Part shown: one piece after another, positions 53,999-64,000 of the stretch
Layout of the letters: every line of letters starts with the position of its first letter
Position numbering within the stretch: position 1 is the first letter of the stretch
Assembly (NCBI GenBank): GCA_009837885.1
Contig: VXSP01000014.1
Span: 31,498-95,497 of the forward strand
Origin: Holophagales bacterium
Lineage (GTDB): Bacteria; Acidobacteriota; Thermoanaerobaculia; Multivoradales; Multivoraceae
Reading direction: 5' to 3'
Length of the DNA stretch: 64,000 nt
Notes under the pieces: model-generated
What the model saw: the letters and a program-made list of their open reading frames with translations, nothing else
Told to the model about the DNA's origin: nothing
Databases searched by the model: none
Translations under genes and position numbers: made by a program

Positions 53999-55800
53999 GA
54001 TGCGAACCTGCCGACGTCGACCGCGCCATAGTAGTGCCAGAGGATCTCGCGGTAGGTCAGGCCGCGCTGCGCCATGAGGTACGAGCCGACCTGGCACATG
54101 CCGACGCCGTGGCCGCGGCCGCGGCCGGCGAAGCGCCAGCCGGGAACGCCCCCATCGCCGGTTTCGGACGTCAGCTCCACGACGTGCTCGGGAACATCGA
54201 GCAGCCAGCGGATCGCGAGACCCTGGAGTTCCACCGTGCCCTGTTCGCCGATCAGGTCGATGCGCGCCACCCGGCCCGAGACGCCGCGCTCCAGCACCCT
54301 CAGGGACTTGAGACCCAGACCGGGAAACCGCCTTTCGGCCGCCGCGCGCACGGAATCGTGGGAACGCCAGAACGACCACGGCTCCGCGGACGCCTGATCT
54401 CGCCGCCTCGGCGCCTCGTGAACGATGAGAACCACACGGCCGCGGGCCAGGTACACGCGCAGGCGGTCTCCGGGAGCTGCCGCCAGGGTCCGCGTCGGAA
54501 CGCCGAGGTCCCCGGGCGGCGCTCCCGCGGTGACCTCGGCCAGCAGCAGCGCCGCCCCCGGCGCCAGCGGCACGAGCCGGCGGCGACCCTGCCGGCGCAG
54601 GTCGAGCCAGCCGCCGTCAACGCCCCCCAGGTTTCCTTCAACGACCTCCAGGTCGCCCCCGGATCGGGCGCGGCGCAGTCGCTCTTCGACCCGCCTCTCT
54701 CGCACCCTGCGAGCACCGAGAGACTTCAGCAGATGCCTGGCGGGCGATCCGTCGGCGCCGCCCGCCAGGGTCACGCCTCCCCCTTCGACACAGGCCGTTC
54801 CCACAGGGCCCCCGCCCGCCAGAAGAGGGAAGACGTGATCGACGAGTTCGGTGTCGCCGCCGCAGCTCGCGGTGAACAACGCCTCCTGGAGAATGCCGCC
54901 GCGCAGCAGGATCTCGCCGCGAGTGGCGGCGATCGCCTGGTCCGAGACCGGGTGTTCCACGTCCAGACCACCGTACACCTGGCACAGCGGCGTGGCGCAG
55001 AGGTCGTATCCCTCGCCGTCGAACTCGCCAAGGCGCTTCACCGCGTACGTGCGCGCGGCCACGGCCTGCGCCTTGATCGCCTCGATCTCCGGGTACAGAT
55101 CCGGCCCGAGCTCGACCGGCACGACGCCGCGAAGGTAGTCCTCGAGCGGCGCCGCGTTGACGACATTCAGTCCGGACCGGTCGCTCAGAAAGACCTCGAG
55201 CGCCCCCCGGTAGCGGCGGCCCAGGATGTCGACGACACCGTCCCCCGACTCGAGCCGCAGCCTCCGACCCGCGACCCAGCCGACTCCATCCACCTCGAAT
55301 CCCGGATGCTCCAGAACCTGGCCCTCGATGGTGATCCAGACGTCGTCGAACCCCTCGACATGAAGCCGGCCACGAGCCTTCTCCGCCGCCTCCCGGTCAC
55401 CGAACCGACCCACGCGGACCCGGTACAGGCCGGTGCCCGCGTCGAGTACCGAGTCCGCCTGCTGATCGAGCAGACTCGCCAGCCGGCCGGCCAGCTTCTT
55501 CGCCTGCACCCGATCCCGCAACGCCGCCACCTGCAGGCGATGAACCCCCGGGCTCGCCGTCCCCGGCGCCGCCAGCACCTCGAAGGAGCCGGCAACCTCG
55601 TACCGCCGGCCGGTCTCGTCCACAAGCCACGAAGGGCCATCGCAGCAGGCAACCTCGACCCGCTCAAGGTCCGTGGCCAGCCCCAGCCGAATCTCCTCCG
55701 GCAGAACGATCGACGGAGGAGACGTCGCCGCACCGGGATGCGCTGCCGGCGCCGTCGCCAGCAGCAGACAGGCCGCAACGCCCAGACCCAAGTCGGTCAT
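53995..55800 (-). CDS. SpoIID/LytB-domain protein with N-terminal SPOR domain
   Basis: Signal peptide MTDLGLGVAACLLLATAPAA; SPOR-like LQVAALRDRVQAKKLAGRLA...YRVRVGRFGDREAAEKARGRL; SpoIID-like amidase-enhancer core downstream. Confidence 0.8.
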   Translation of the reverse strand: MTDLGLGVAACLLLATAPAAHPGAATSPPSIVLPEEIRLGLATDLERVEVACCDGPSWLVDETGRRYEVAGSFEVLAAPGTASPGVHRLQVAALRDRVQAKKLAGRLASLLDQQADSVLDAGTGLYRVRVGRFGDREAAEKARGRLHVEGFDDVWITIEGQVLEHPGFEVDGVGWVAGRRLRLESGDGVVDILGRRYRGALEVFLSDRSGLNVVNAAPLEDYLRGVVPVELGPDLYPEIEAIKAQAVAARTYAVKRLGEFDGEGYDLCATPLCQVYGGLDVEHPVSDQAIAATRGEILLRGGILQEALFTASCGGDTELVDHVFPLLAGGGPVGTACVEGGGVTLAGGADGSPARHLLKSLGARRVRERRVEERLRRARSGGDLEVVEGNLGGVDGGWLDLRRQGRRRLVPLAPGAALLLAEVTAGAPPGDLGVPTRTLAAAPGDRLRVYLARGRVVLIVHEAPRRRDQASAEPWSFWRSHDSVRAAAERRFPGLGLKSLRVLERGVSGRVARIDLIGEQGTVELQGLAIRWLLDVPEHVVELTSETGDGGVPGWRFAGRGRGHGVGMCQVGSYLMAQRGLTYREILWHYYGAVDVGRFAS

Positions 55801-55879
55801 CCACCGCTCAACCCTCCGTGATCCGCTCACTCCCATCGCCCGTTCCATACGTTATTGGAAATACGCCAAAGCGGCGGTT

Positions 55880-55935
55880 TCCAGTCCCGCGGCGTCCGCC
55901 GGGACCCTCCCCCCTCCCGCCGATGCCGCGGGACG
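55880..55935. repeat. Truncated copy of the MITE-like family (right-end segment: TIR plus conserved flank)
   Basis: ccgccgggaccctcccccctcccgccgatgccgcgggacgggtgctacc closely matches the element B right end gccgctgggaccctcccctccggacgccgccccggacgggtatcacc. Confidence 0.5.
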
Positions 55936-55939
55936 GGTG

Positions 55940-56689
55940 CTACCGATGCTGGTGCGCCTGGAGTTCGTGGCGGTAGTCGCCGACGGCGTCGATGAGGATC
56001 GGCTTCGCCATCTGGTGGAGGCGGCTGATCAGGCTGGCGGGAACGCGGCCGACCAGGGTCTGGGCGCCGTCGCTGAGGTCGCCGTCGGCTTCGGAGGTCA
56101 GGTAGTAGTTGCTGGTGAACAGGGTCGGCCGGCGGGCCATGTAGCGGCCGTTGATCAGCAGGTACAGGGTGTCGGAGACGAAGGCCGAGGGCCGCCGCGC
56201 GCCGAGCTCGTCGACGACGACGACGTCCGCCTCCTGGAGCGGCCGCAGCAGGTCGGTCTGGTTGCGCGGAGCGTCGGGCTGGAAGGTCGCCTGAATGTCG
56301 GCGACCAGGCCGGTGAAGTCGACGAAACGACCCTGGACGCCGTACTGCTCGGCCAGTTCGATCAGCACGGCCACGGCAAGGTGCGTCTTGCCCCGGCCGC
56401 TCGGACCGATGAACACGAGTCCGGCTTCGTTCAGCGATCCGTCGAGTTCCATGAACTCCTCGATGTACTGGTCGCAATCGCGCCGCGCGGTGAGGAGTTG
56501 ATCGCCCACGTCTCCCGCGAGCCGGAAGTTGGTGAGCCGGCAACCCTGGTACTTGGGCGGAATGCCCAGGTCGTCGACGCGGCGGCCGCGGACGCGGGTC
56601 GAGTGGCAGGTGCAGCGTCGCGCCCGGTTCGTCGCGAGGTCGACGATCCAACCGCGCCCGCCACAGAGTTCGCAGCCTTCCTCGTTCAC
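55940..56689 (-). CDS. DnaC/IstB-like AAA+ ATPase with N-terminal C4 zinc finger (helicase-loader-like)
   Basis: CELCGGRGW...CTCH zinc finger; GPSGRGKTHLAVAV Walker A; VVVDELG Walker B; 4-nt overlap with the hspR stop. Confidence 0.8.
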   Translation of the reverse strand: MNEEGCELCGGRGWIVDLATNRARRCTCHSTRVRGRRVDDLGIPPKYQGCRLTNFRLAGDVGDQLLTARRDCDQYIEEFMELDGSLNEAGLVFIGPSGRGKTHLAVAVLIELAEQYGVQGRFVDFTGLVADIQATFQPDAPRNQTDLLRPLQEADVVVVDELGARRPSAFVSDTLYLLINGRYMARRPTLFTSNYYLTSEADGDLSDGAQTLVGRVPASLISRLHQMAKPILIDAVGDYRHELQAHQHR

Positions 56690-57042
56690 TCCTCGTCCTC
56701 GACCTTGACCAGCGCGCCGCTTCGCACCCAGACCAGGGCGTGCCGGCGCCGGACACCCCGGCGGCGGTCCGCCGCGTCGCGTTCAACGATCGAGAGTAGC
56801 TTGTCGCGCTCGGCCTCGAGCCGCGCCAGCCGTTCCTGCAGCGTGAGGATGACCTCGACTCCGGCCAGGTTGACCCCCATGTCCCGGGTCAGCGTGAGAA
56901 TCGACTCGAGCCGGTTCAGGGAGTCTTCGTCGTAGAGGCGGGTGTTGCCGTCGCTCCGCCGCGGCTCCAGCAGGCCCTCACGCTCGTACAGCCGGAGTGT
57001 CTGCGGATGGATGTCATAGCGCTCGGCGACCTTGCTGATCAT
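56686..57042 (-). CDS. hspR: MerR-family heat-shock transcriptional repressor HspR
   Basis: MISKVAERYDIHPQTLRLYEREGLLEPRRSDGNTRLY, a MerR HTH; immediately downstream of dnaK. ATG at 57042 chosen over the track start at 57117. Confidence 0.85.
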   Translation of the reverse strand: MISKVAERYDIHPQTLRLYEREGLLEPRRSDGNTRLYDEDSLNRLESILTLTRDMGVNLAGVEVILTLQERLARLEAERDKLLSIVERDAADRRRGVRRRHALVWVRSGALVKVEDEE

Positions 57043-57117
57043 CACGTAGCGGCCGCCCCCCACCCGCCGGCGGCGGGACGGGGGACGGCGCTCACGCGAC
57101 GACCGAGGCGGCGCCAC

Positions 57118-59067
<1,950 letters not shown>

Positions 59068-59289
59068 GACTCTCTCCTGAATCGTTCGCCCAATGAGCAC
59101 GAACGGGTCGGTTTTCAATCTCTGGCGCCGCGGGGCCGGTTCGGTCTCGACCTCCCTGGCCCGGGGCGCGCCAGGGACACTAAGACCTAAGCGGCCTATT
59201 GTCAAGTCCCGAGGCGCAAAAATCTTATTGGAGATCGCTCAGATTGTGTCCGGGATCCAGGGGCCGAACGGGACCGGGTCAGCGAGCAG

Positions 59290-59778
59290 TCAACCGCGGC
59301 TTTTTTCGACGTACCGCATGCGGAGCTGCGCGAGCAGATCCTCGAGCAACGCCGTTTCCTGCTCGGAGACGTTGCCCCGCGTCTTCTCCTGCAGCACCGC
59401 CAGCAAGTCGATGTGGAGGCGGGCCCGCGGCAGATCCTGGGCGCTCTGACCGTCCGGTAGCTGGGCGTCGCCGAGCAGGAAGGCGATCGGCTCCGCGAGT
59501 ACGGCGACCAGGTCCATGAAGCCCGGGGACTGCGCCCCGGGCGGCGGCATCTGCGAAGCCGCCGCGTCCTCCGGACCCGGGAATGGCGTCGCGGACGGGG
59601 CCCGCTCAGCCCCGCCGGCCGGCGCCTCGCCCGGACCCGCCGCGCTGTCCGGGCCGGCGACGGAGGGCGGCTGTTCCGCGGCCGCCCCGGCCGCCTCACC
59701 CTTCTGCTGCTCGAGGAAGCGGTACTCTTCGCGCAGTTCGCCGTCGTCCGTGAACATCCTTCTGTCGGTGACCTTCAC
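59290..59778 (-). CDS. DUF1844-family protein
   Basis: Conserved C-terminus FMDLVAVLAEPIAFLLGDAQLPDGQSAQDLPRARLHIDLLAVLQEKTRGNVSEQETALLEDLLAQLRMRYVEK; GTG start with GGAGGT RBS 5 nt upstream. Confidence 0.7.
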   Translation of the reverse strand: MKVTDRRMFTDDGELREEYRFLEQQKGEAAGAAAEQPPSVAGPDSAAGPGEAPAGGAERAPSATPFPGPEDAAASQMPPPGAQSPGFMDLVAVLAEPIAFLLGDAQLPDGQSAQDLPRARLHIDLLAVLQEKTRGNVSEQETALLEDLLAQLRMRYVEKSRG

Positions 59779-59800
59779 TTCCGACCTCCGCTCCCAACCA

Positions 59801-60682
59801 ATGCAACACCCTAGCAAAGGAGACGGCGCCGGAACCGACTCCTGCTCCCTCGCTCCGATCGCCGATCTGATCGACCGGCTGCGCGTCGACTGCCCATGGG
59901 ACCGTGAGCTGTCGCTGGCGGATCTGCGGGCGTATCTGATCGAGGAGGCCCACGAACTGGCAGCGGCGATCGACGAACGCGATCCCGCCGCGATCAAAGA
60001 GGAACTGGGCGATCTACTGTTCGAAGCGGTCTACGTCGCCCGCCTGACCCACGCCGAACTGGAGATCAAACCGGGCGACGCGCCGCTTGCCGGGGCGATC
60101 CGCTCCGTGATCGACAAGATGGTCGCGCGACACCCTCACGTCTTCGGCGACGAGAAAGACCGGGCGAAGGCCGGTTCCGCCGCCGAAGTCGCGGCGATGT
60201 GGGAGCAGAGAAAGCGGAGCCGCGACGGCGAGCGCTCCGTGCTGGACGGCGTGCCGGCGTCGCTGCCGGCGCTCGTCGGCGCCTACCGGCTCGGGCAGAA
60301 GGCGGCCGGCATCGGGTTCGACTGGGACTCGACCGAAGCCGTGCGAGCCAAGGTGGCCGAGGAGCTCGGTGAACTGGACCATGAGACGGCCAACGATCGG
60401 AGCGACCAGTCCGCCGAGGCGAAGGCGCGGGTCGAAGAGGAGTTGGGCGACGTGCTGTTCGCGGTCGCCAACCTCGCCCGCCACCTGGACGTGGACCCGG
60501 AACGCGCGCTGGCGGCGGCGAACCGGAAGTTCCGCCGCCGCTTCGCGGCAATGGAGACGGAACTCGAGCCCGGCGGCGACTACGGAATGGAGGAACTCGA
60601 ACGGCTGTGGGAGCGGGCGAAGCGTCGCGCACCAGCTACTGCTGGTTCGGCTCGGCGGGCGCCTCCAGGATGCCCCAGATGA
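59801..60682 (+). CDS. mazG: Nucleoside triphosphate pyrophosphohydrolase MazG
   Basis: Two MazG EExxE modules (LIEEAHELAAAIDERD; ELGDVLFAVANLARHLDVDPE); ATG at 59801 inside the track ORF 59516..60682. Confidence 0.9.
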   Translation: MQHPSKGDGAGTDSCSLAPIADLIDRLRVDCPWDRELSLADLRAYLIEEAHELAAAIDERDPAAIKEELGDLLFEAVYVARLTHAELEIKPGDAPLAGAIRSVIDKMVARHPHVFGDEKDRAKAGSAAEVAAMWEQRKRSRDGERSVLDGVPASLPALVGAYRLGQKAAGIGFDWDSTEAVRAKVAEELGELDHETANDRSDQSAEAKARVEEELGDVLFAVANLARHLDVDPERALAAANRKFRRRFAAMETELEPGGDYGMEELERLWERAKRRAPATAGSARRAPPGCPR

Positions 60683-61877
60683 GATCCAGAGCCTCGTCCA
60701 GGACCGGATCCGATCCGTCGTCCCTCTCGCGGAAGGCGAGCATACCCAGGCGGCGTTCGTCGCTGACCCGGATTCTGCGGTTCAGCCGTTCACCCTCAGG
60801 GTCCGTGTAGAAGGCAGCGGTCGTCTCGAGCACGCCGCCGCCGTTCGAGAGCGCGATCTGTTGCAGCGTTCCGGCGTAGCCGAAGGTCGACTCGCCGCTG
60901 TGATCCGCGTCGACCGCCTGACGCAGGACGGCGGTCAGGATTTCGGCCGGTCCCTGAGAACTCCGATCGGTCAGGACCTCGATATCTCCCGAGTACAGGC
61001 CGCCCGCGCCTTCGAAGGTCTCGAGCTTCCGGTCCTCCCGGTCGATCAGGCTGCCCAGTTCGCCCCCGGCGAACAGGCCCGCCACCGCGTACGCGGCCTC
61101 AGCGGAACCTCCCGCGACGCCGCGGAGATCGATCAGCAGGGAGTCGCCGGCGTAGCCGTCGAGCAACGCCTCCACCTGGGCCGTCGTGCCGGAACCGAAG
61201 CTTGAAATCCTCAGCACGCCGACCCCGCGAATCTCCTCGAACTCCGGCGGAAGCGGTTCGTACTCGTCCAGGGTCAGGCTCGCTTCGATGCTGCTGCCAC
61301 GCCGCACCAGCTCCAGGGTCAGTTCGGAACCGACCGGGCCGGCGAGCTGGCGCCGCAGCTCCCAGAGAGGCATGGCGCGAGACGAACGACCGTTGATGCC
61401 GGCGACGATGTCACCCGGCTCCAGACCCGCGATCTCGGCCGGACTGCCGCCGTCGACCGCGACCACATGCGCGATGCCGCGCTCCTTGAGCACGAGGACG
61501 CCCGAGTGCCGGCGGCCAACCTCGCGCGCCGCCAGGTACGACTCGACCTCGCTCGCCGGTACGTAGACCGAGAAAGGGTCGAGGGCATCCGTCACGCCAT
61601 CCATGGCGCCCGCCGTCAGACTCCGTCCGTCGGTCTCCTCGACGTACGAGCCGCGAATCAGCCGGAGTACCTCCTCCCACAGGGCGAGGTACTTGTAGAT
61701 CGAGTCCCGTCCGGCGTCTTCCGCGTCGTCGCTGGCGCCCAGCCAGGCGCCGCCGGCGAGGCTCAGGACCAGGAGCAGGGACAGGCAGACGGCAATCAGC
61801 CGGCCGCCGCCGAACCCCCGGTGGCCCAACTCCCAGCGGCGCTGCGCCGGCGACCGCCCGCTGCCTTCCGCGTCCAC
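60636..61877 (-). CDS. S41-family C-terminal processing peptidase with PDZ domain
   Basis: PDZ (GSPAEIAGLEPGDIVAGING), catalytic LLIDLRGVAGG and S41 serine/lysine region. Start ambiguous (GTG 61877 or TTG 61829); the track ORF to 62069 is over-extended across the STAS gene. Confidence 0.85.
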   Translation of the reverse strand: MDAEGSGRSPAQRRWELGHRGFGGGRLIAVCLSLLLVLSLAGGAWLGASDDAEDAGRDSIYKYLALWEEVLRLIRGSYVEETDGRSLTAGAMDGVTDALDPFSVYVPASEVESYLAAREVGRRHSGVLVLKERGIAHVVAVDGGSPAEIAGLEPGDIVAGINGRSSRAMPLWELRRQLAGPVGSELTLELVRRGSSIEASLTLDEYEPLPPEFEEIRGVGVLRISSFGSGTTAQVEALLDGYAGDSLLIDLRGVAGGSAEAAYAVAGLFAGGELGSLIDREDRKLETFEGAGGLYSGDIEVLTDRSSQGPAEILTAVLRQAVDADHSGESTFGYAGTLQQIALSNGGGVLETTAAFYTDPEGERLNRRIRVSDERRLGMLAFRERDDGSDPVLDEALDLIWGILEAPAEPNQQ

Positions 61878-61884
61878 CGCTTCT

Positions 61885-62223
61885 TCAGGCGAGCGAAGCG
61901 ACTGCCTCGTCCTCGTCCTCCAGGATGTCCAGCACGGTGACCAACTGGGTGATCTGCAGCACCCCGAGGACCCTGCTCGGCAGGGAGAACAGGCGCAGCT
62001 TGCCGCCCCGGTTGGTGACCGTGGTGTACGCGGCAACCAGTTCGCCGACGCCGGAGGAGTCGATCGCACGCACCCGCCCCATGTTGAGCAGGATGCTCGT
62101 AGCGCCCTCGCCGACCGCCGCGAGGACGGCCTCTCTCAGAGCCACATCGCCTTCGCCAATCGTGATCCTGCCCTGGAGATCGAGAATTGTCGCTCCATCG
62201 CGCTGGCGCTTTTCAATCTTCAT
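61885..62223 (-). CDS. STAS-domain anti-sigma-factor antagonist (SpoIIAA/RsbV-like)
   Basis: TILDLQGRITIGEGD...LLNMGRVRAIDSSGVGELV, with the conserved phosphorylatable Ser in DSSG. Confidence 0.85.
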   Translation of the reverse strand: MKIEKRQRDGATILDLQGRITIGEGDVALREAVLAAVGEGATSILLNMGRVRAIDSSGVGELVAAYTTVTNRGGKLRLFSLPSRVLGVLQITQLVTVLDILEDEDEAVASLA

Positions 62224-62686
62224 TCGCTCCTCCCTGGTCTGCTTCGGCGCTGCTGCCCGGGGCGCCGAACTTCTTGTGAAGCCGGACCTTCGTGCCGCCG
62301 TCGGCGCCGAAATCGTAGTCGATCTTATCCATGAACCTGCGCATGTAGAAGATGCCTCTGCCTTCCGTCTTGAGCAGGTTGTCCGGGGCCAGCGGGTCCG
62401 CCACGGCGCCCGGATCGAAGCCGCTGCCCTCGTCCTCGACCGTGATGTCGACTCCGGTCTCGTCCACCGCGAGGCACACGTCCACCTTCTTCTCGGGATC
62501 GAGACCGTTGCCGTGCTTGATCGCGTTGGTCAGCGCTTCCCGCAACGCGATGCCCATCCAGTAGCCGGTCTCTTCGTCGATCGGCAGCGACTCGAGCGTC
62601 TCGTCCAGCACCGCCTGAACCAGCTCGATGTTCTCGTAGCGGCTGCCGATGGAGAGCCGAATGGTCTGCTGAACGGGTTCCGGCAC
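62213..62686 (-). CDS. Anti-sigma regulatory factor Ser/Thr kinase (RsbW/SpoIIAB-like, HATPase_c)
   Basis: REALTNAIKHGN (N-box), DEGSGFD (G1 box). Confidence 0.85.
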   Translation of the reverse strand: MPEPVQQTIRLSIGSRYENIELVQAVLDETLESLPIDEETGYWMGIALREALTNAIKHGNGLDPEKKVDVCLAVDETGVDITVEDEGSGFDPGAVADPLAPDNLLKTEGRGIFYMRRFMDKIDYDFGADGGTKVRLHKKFGAPGSSAEADQGGANED

Positions 62687-62699
62687 GGCAGCCTCCGCC

Positions 62700-63188
62700 T
62701 CAGGACCGGGCCCGGGTCGCGCCGCGCTGGTGCTGGTACCGGCTTCCGGCGCCCGGCTCGCCGTACGCGACGTCCGGCTCCGATTCCATCGCGATGAAGA
62801 TCAACTGGGCGATCCGGCGGCCGGCGTCGAGCACGAAGGGGACCGGCCCGAGGTTCTGCAGTTCGAGCGTGATGTTCCCCTCGAAGCCCGGATCGCACCA
62901 GCCGGCCAGGGAGTGGTTGATCCACAACCGGCCCAGGGTCGACTTGAGCTTCAGGTCGCACGCCACGGAGCGCGGGATGCGCACGAACTCGAGGGTCGTG
63001 GCCAGCACCACCTCGTTCGGGAACAGCTTGACCTTGTCGCCGCGAAACTCCTCCGGGTCGCGCGTGGGGCAGATCCAGTGGTCCCCGACCCGGACGTCGT
63101 AGCTGGCCGCGTTCACCTGCTCGGGTTCGAAGGGATCGACGCCGCCCGCCTCGCCCCAGGCGCGGATCCAGTGGTCCGGCTTGATCAC
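62700..63188 (-). CDS. dcd: dCTP deaminase (dUTPase superfamily)
   Basis: MIKPDHWIR..., SYDVRVG, GWCDPGFEGNITLEL motif. Confidence 0.9.
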   Translation of the reverse strand: MIKPDHWIRAWGEAGGVDPFEPEQVNAASYDVRVGDHWICPTRDPEEFRGDKVKLFPNEVVLATTLEFVRIPRSVACDLKLKSTLGRLWINHSLAGWCDPGFEGNITLELQNLGPVPFVLDAGRRIAQLIFIAMESEPDVAYGEPGAGSRYQHQRGATRARS

Positions 63189-63224
63189 GGCCCCTCCGCC
63201 ACTGCGCCGTCCACGTTCCCCACC

Positions 63225-64000
63225 TCAGTAGAAGTAGACGGGACCGCCGTCCTCGCCCCGGTGAATCGTCTCGACGAAACGAATGACGCCCTCCTTGAGC
63301 GACATGGTCAACGTCGACGTCCGGAAGCCCTCCCCGAAGAAGCGGACGCCGCGGAGCAGGTCGCCGCCGGTGACGCCGGTGCAGCAAAACAGGATGTCCT
63401 GCCCCGGCGCAAGCTCTTCGGTCGTGTAGATGCGGTCGGGGTCCTCGATGTCGAACTCGGCGAGCCGCCGTTTCTGTTCGTCGGAAAGCGCGGACAGCCG
63501 CCCCTGAATCTCACCGCCGAGGCAACGCATCGCCGCCGCCGTGATCACTCCTTCCGGCGCGCCGCCAGCGCCGATCACCGCGTGGACCCCGGTGCCGCGG
63601 ACCGCCGCCGCGATCGCCGTCGACAGGTCACCGTCGCCGATCAGCTTGATCCGGGCCCCGGCGGTCCGGATGTCGTTGATCAGGCCCTGGTGCCGGTCCC
63701 GGTCGAGTACGACCACGGTCAAGGCGCTGACGGCGCAGTCGAAGGCGCCCGCTATCGCCATCAGGTTGTCCTCGACCGGAGCATCCAGGTCGACCTTGCC
63801 GCGGGCGGTCGGGCCGACCACGATCTTGTCCATGTAGATGTCCGGGGCGTGGAGCAGCCCGCCGCGCTCGGACGCGGCGAGCACCGCCATCGCGTCGGAA
63901 GCCCCGGTGGCGCAGAGATTCGTCCCCTCCAGCGGGTCGACCGCGAAGTCCACCTGCAGATCGCCCGCGGCCCGGCGGCCGACCTCTTCGCCGACGTAGA
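63225..64000 (-). CDS. glpX: Class II fructose-1,6-bisphosphatase GlpX (N-terminus lies beyond the window end)
   Basis: [41 protein letters not shown] motifs; frame remains open past 63953 to the window edge. Confidence 0.9.
   Translation of the reverse strand, partial: YVGEEVGRRAAGDLQVDFAVDPLEGTNLCATGASDAMAVLAASERGGLLHAPDIYMDKIVVGPTARGKVDLDAPVEDNLMAIAGAFDCAVSALTVVVLDRDRHQGLINDIRTAGARIKLIGDGDLSTAIAAAVRGTGVHAVIGAGGAPEGVITAAAMRCLGGEIQGRLSALSDEQKRRLAEFDIEDPDRIYTTEELAPGQDILFCCTGVTGGDLLRGVRFFGEGFRTSTLTMSLKEGVIRFVETIHRGEDGGPVYFY

Overview
This window is a high-GC (~70%) bacterial chromosomal segment, densely packed with housekeeping genes; almost all real genes sit on the minus strand in compact, often ATGA/GTGA-overlapping operons. 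No rRNA genes, CRISPR arrays or convincing tRNAs were found. Family assignments come from reading the protein translations for diagnostic motifs; no database searches were possible.

Genes recognised:
- Partial xanthine-dehydrogenase-family molybdopterin subunit plus a TAT-exported 2Fe-2S subunit.
- M50 site-2 protease overlapping a class I/II aminotransferase, divergent from dsbD.
- The rpsP / KH-protein / rimM / trmD / rplS / rnhB operon.
- ffh, an MMPL/RND exporter, pgsA, alaS, recX and rsmE.
- The hrcA-grpE-dnaJ operon, divergent from nrdR-lon-thiL.
- aroA, an LpxH-like phosphoesterase, mrp/apbC and plsC, divergent from mlaE-mlaF-mlaD-yggX.
- A GWxTD-domain protein with folE, then rlmD/rumA, tlpA and the B12-dependent class II RNR gene nrdJ.
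- nrdJ is divergent from a split acyl-CoA mutase catalytic subunit.
- carB, an FtsX/LolE-like permease, carA, methylmalonyl-CoA epimerase, meaB and a SpoIID/SPOR protein.
- A DnaC-like loader, hspR and dnaK.
- DUF1844 divergent from mazG; an S41 protease with a STAS / RsbW-like pair; dcd; partial glpX.

Features the ORF track misses or misrepresents, most striking first:
1. A SelW/Rdx-family selenoprotein gene (37283..37510) with an in-frame UGA in a C-x-x-U motif and a SECIS-like GGUCU-loop hairpin 14 nt downstream.
2. Two 161-bp MITE-like elements with perfect 27-bp terminal inverted repeats, in opposite orientation, bracketing a PTPS-like + DUF1330 cassette beside folE and selW. Their extended ends supply the last codons or stop of selW and rlmD, and a truncated third copy lies at ~55880.
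3. A 307-aa protein with three tandem MerR/excisionase-like HTH modules joined by AT-hook/histone-H1-like linkers, encoded by ~165-bp internal DNA repeats, next to a 1081-aa sigma-54 activator with a ~750-aa TPR-like N-terminus.
4. rnhB has no canonical in-frame start codon ahead of its catalytic motif; the only plausible start is a CTG overlapping the rplS stop (CTGA).
5. DsbD carries a (His-Ser)n loop encoded by a CACTCG hexanucleotide repeat.
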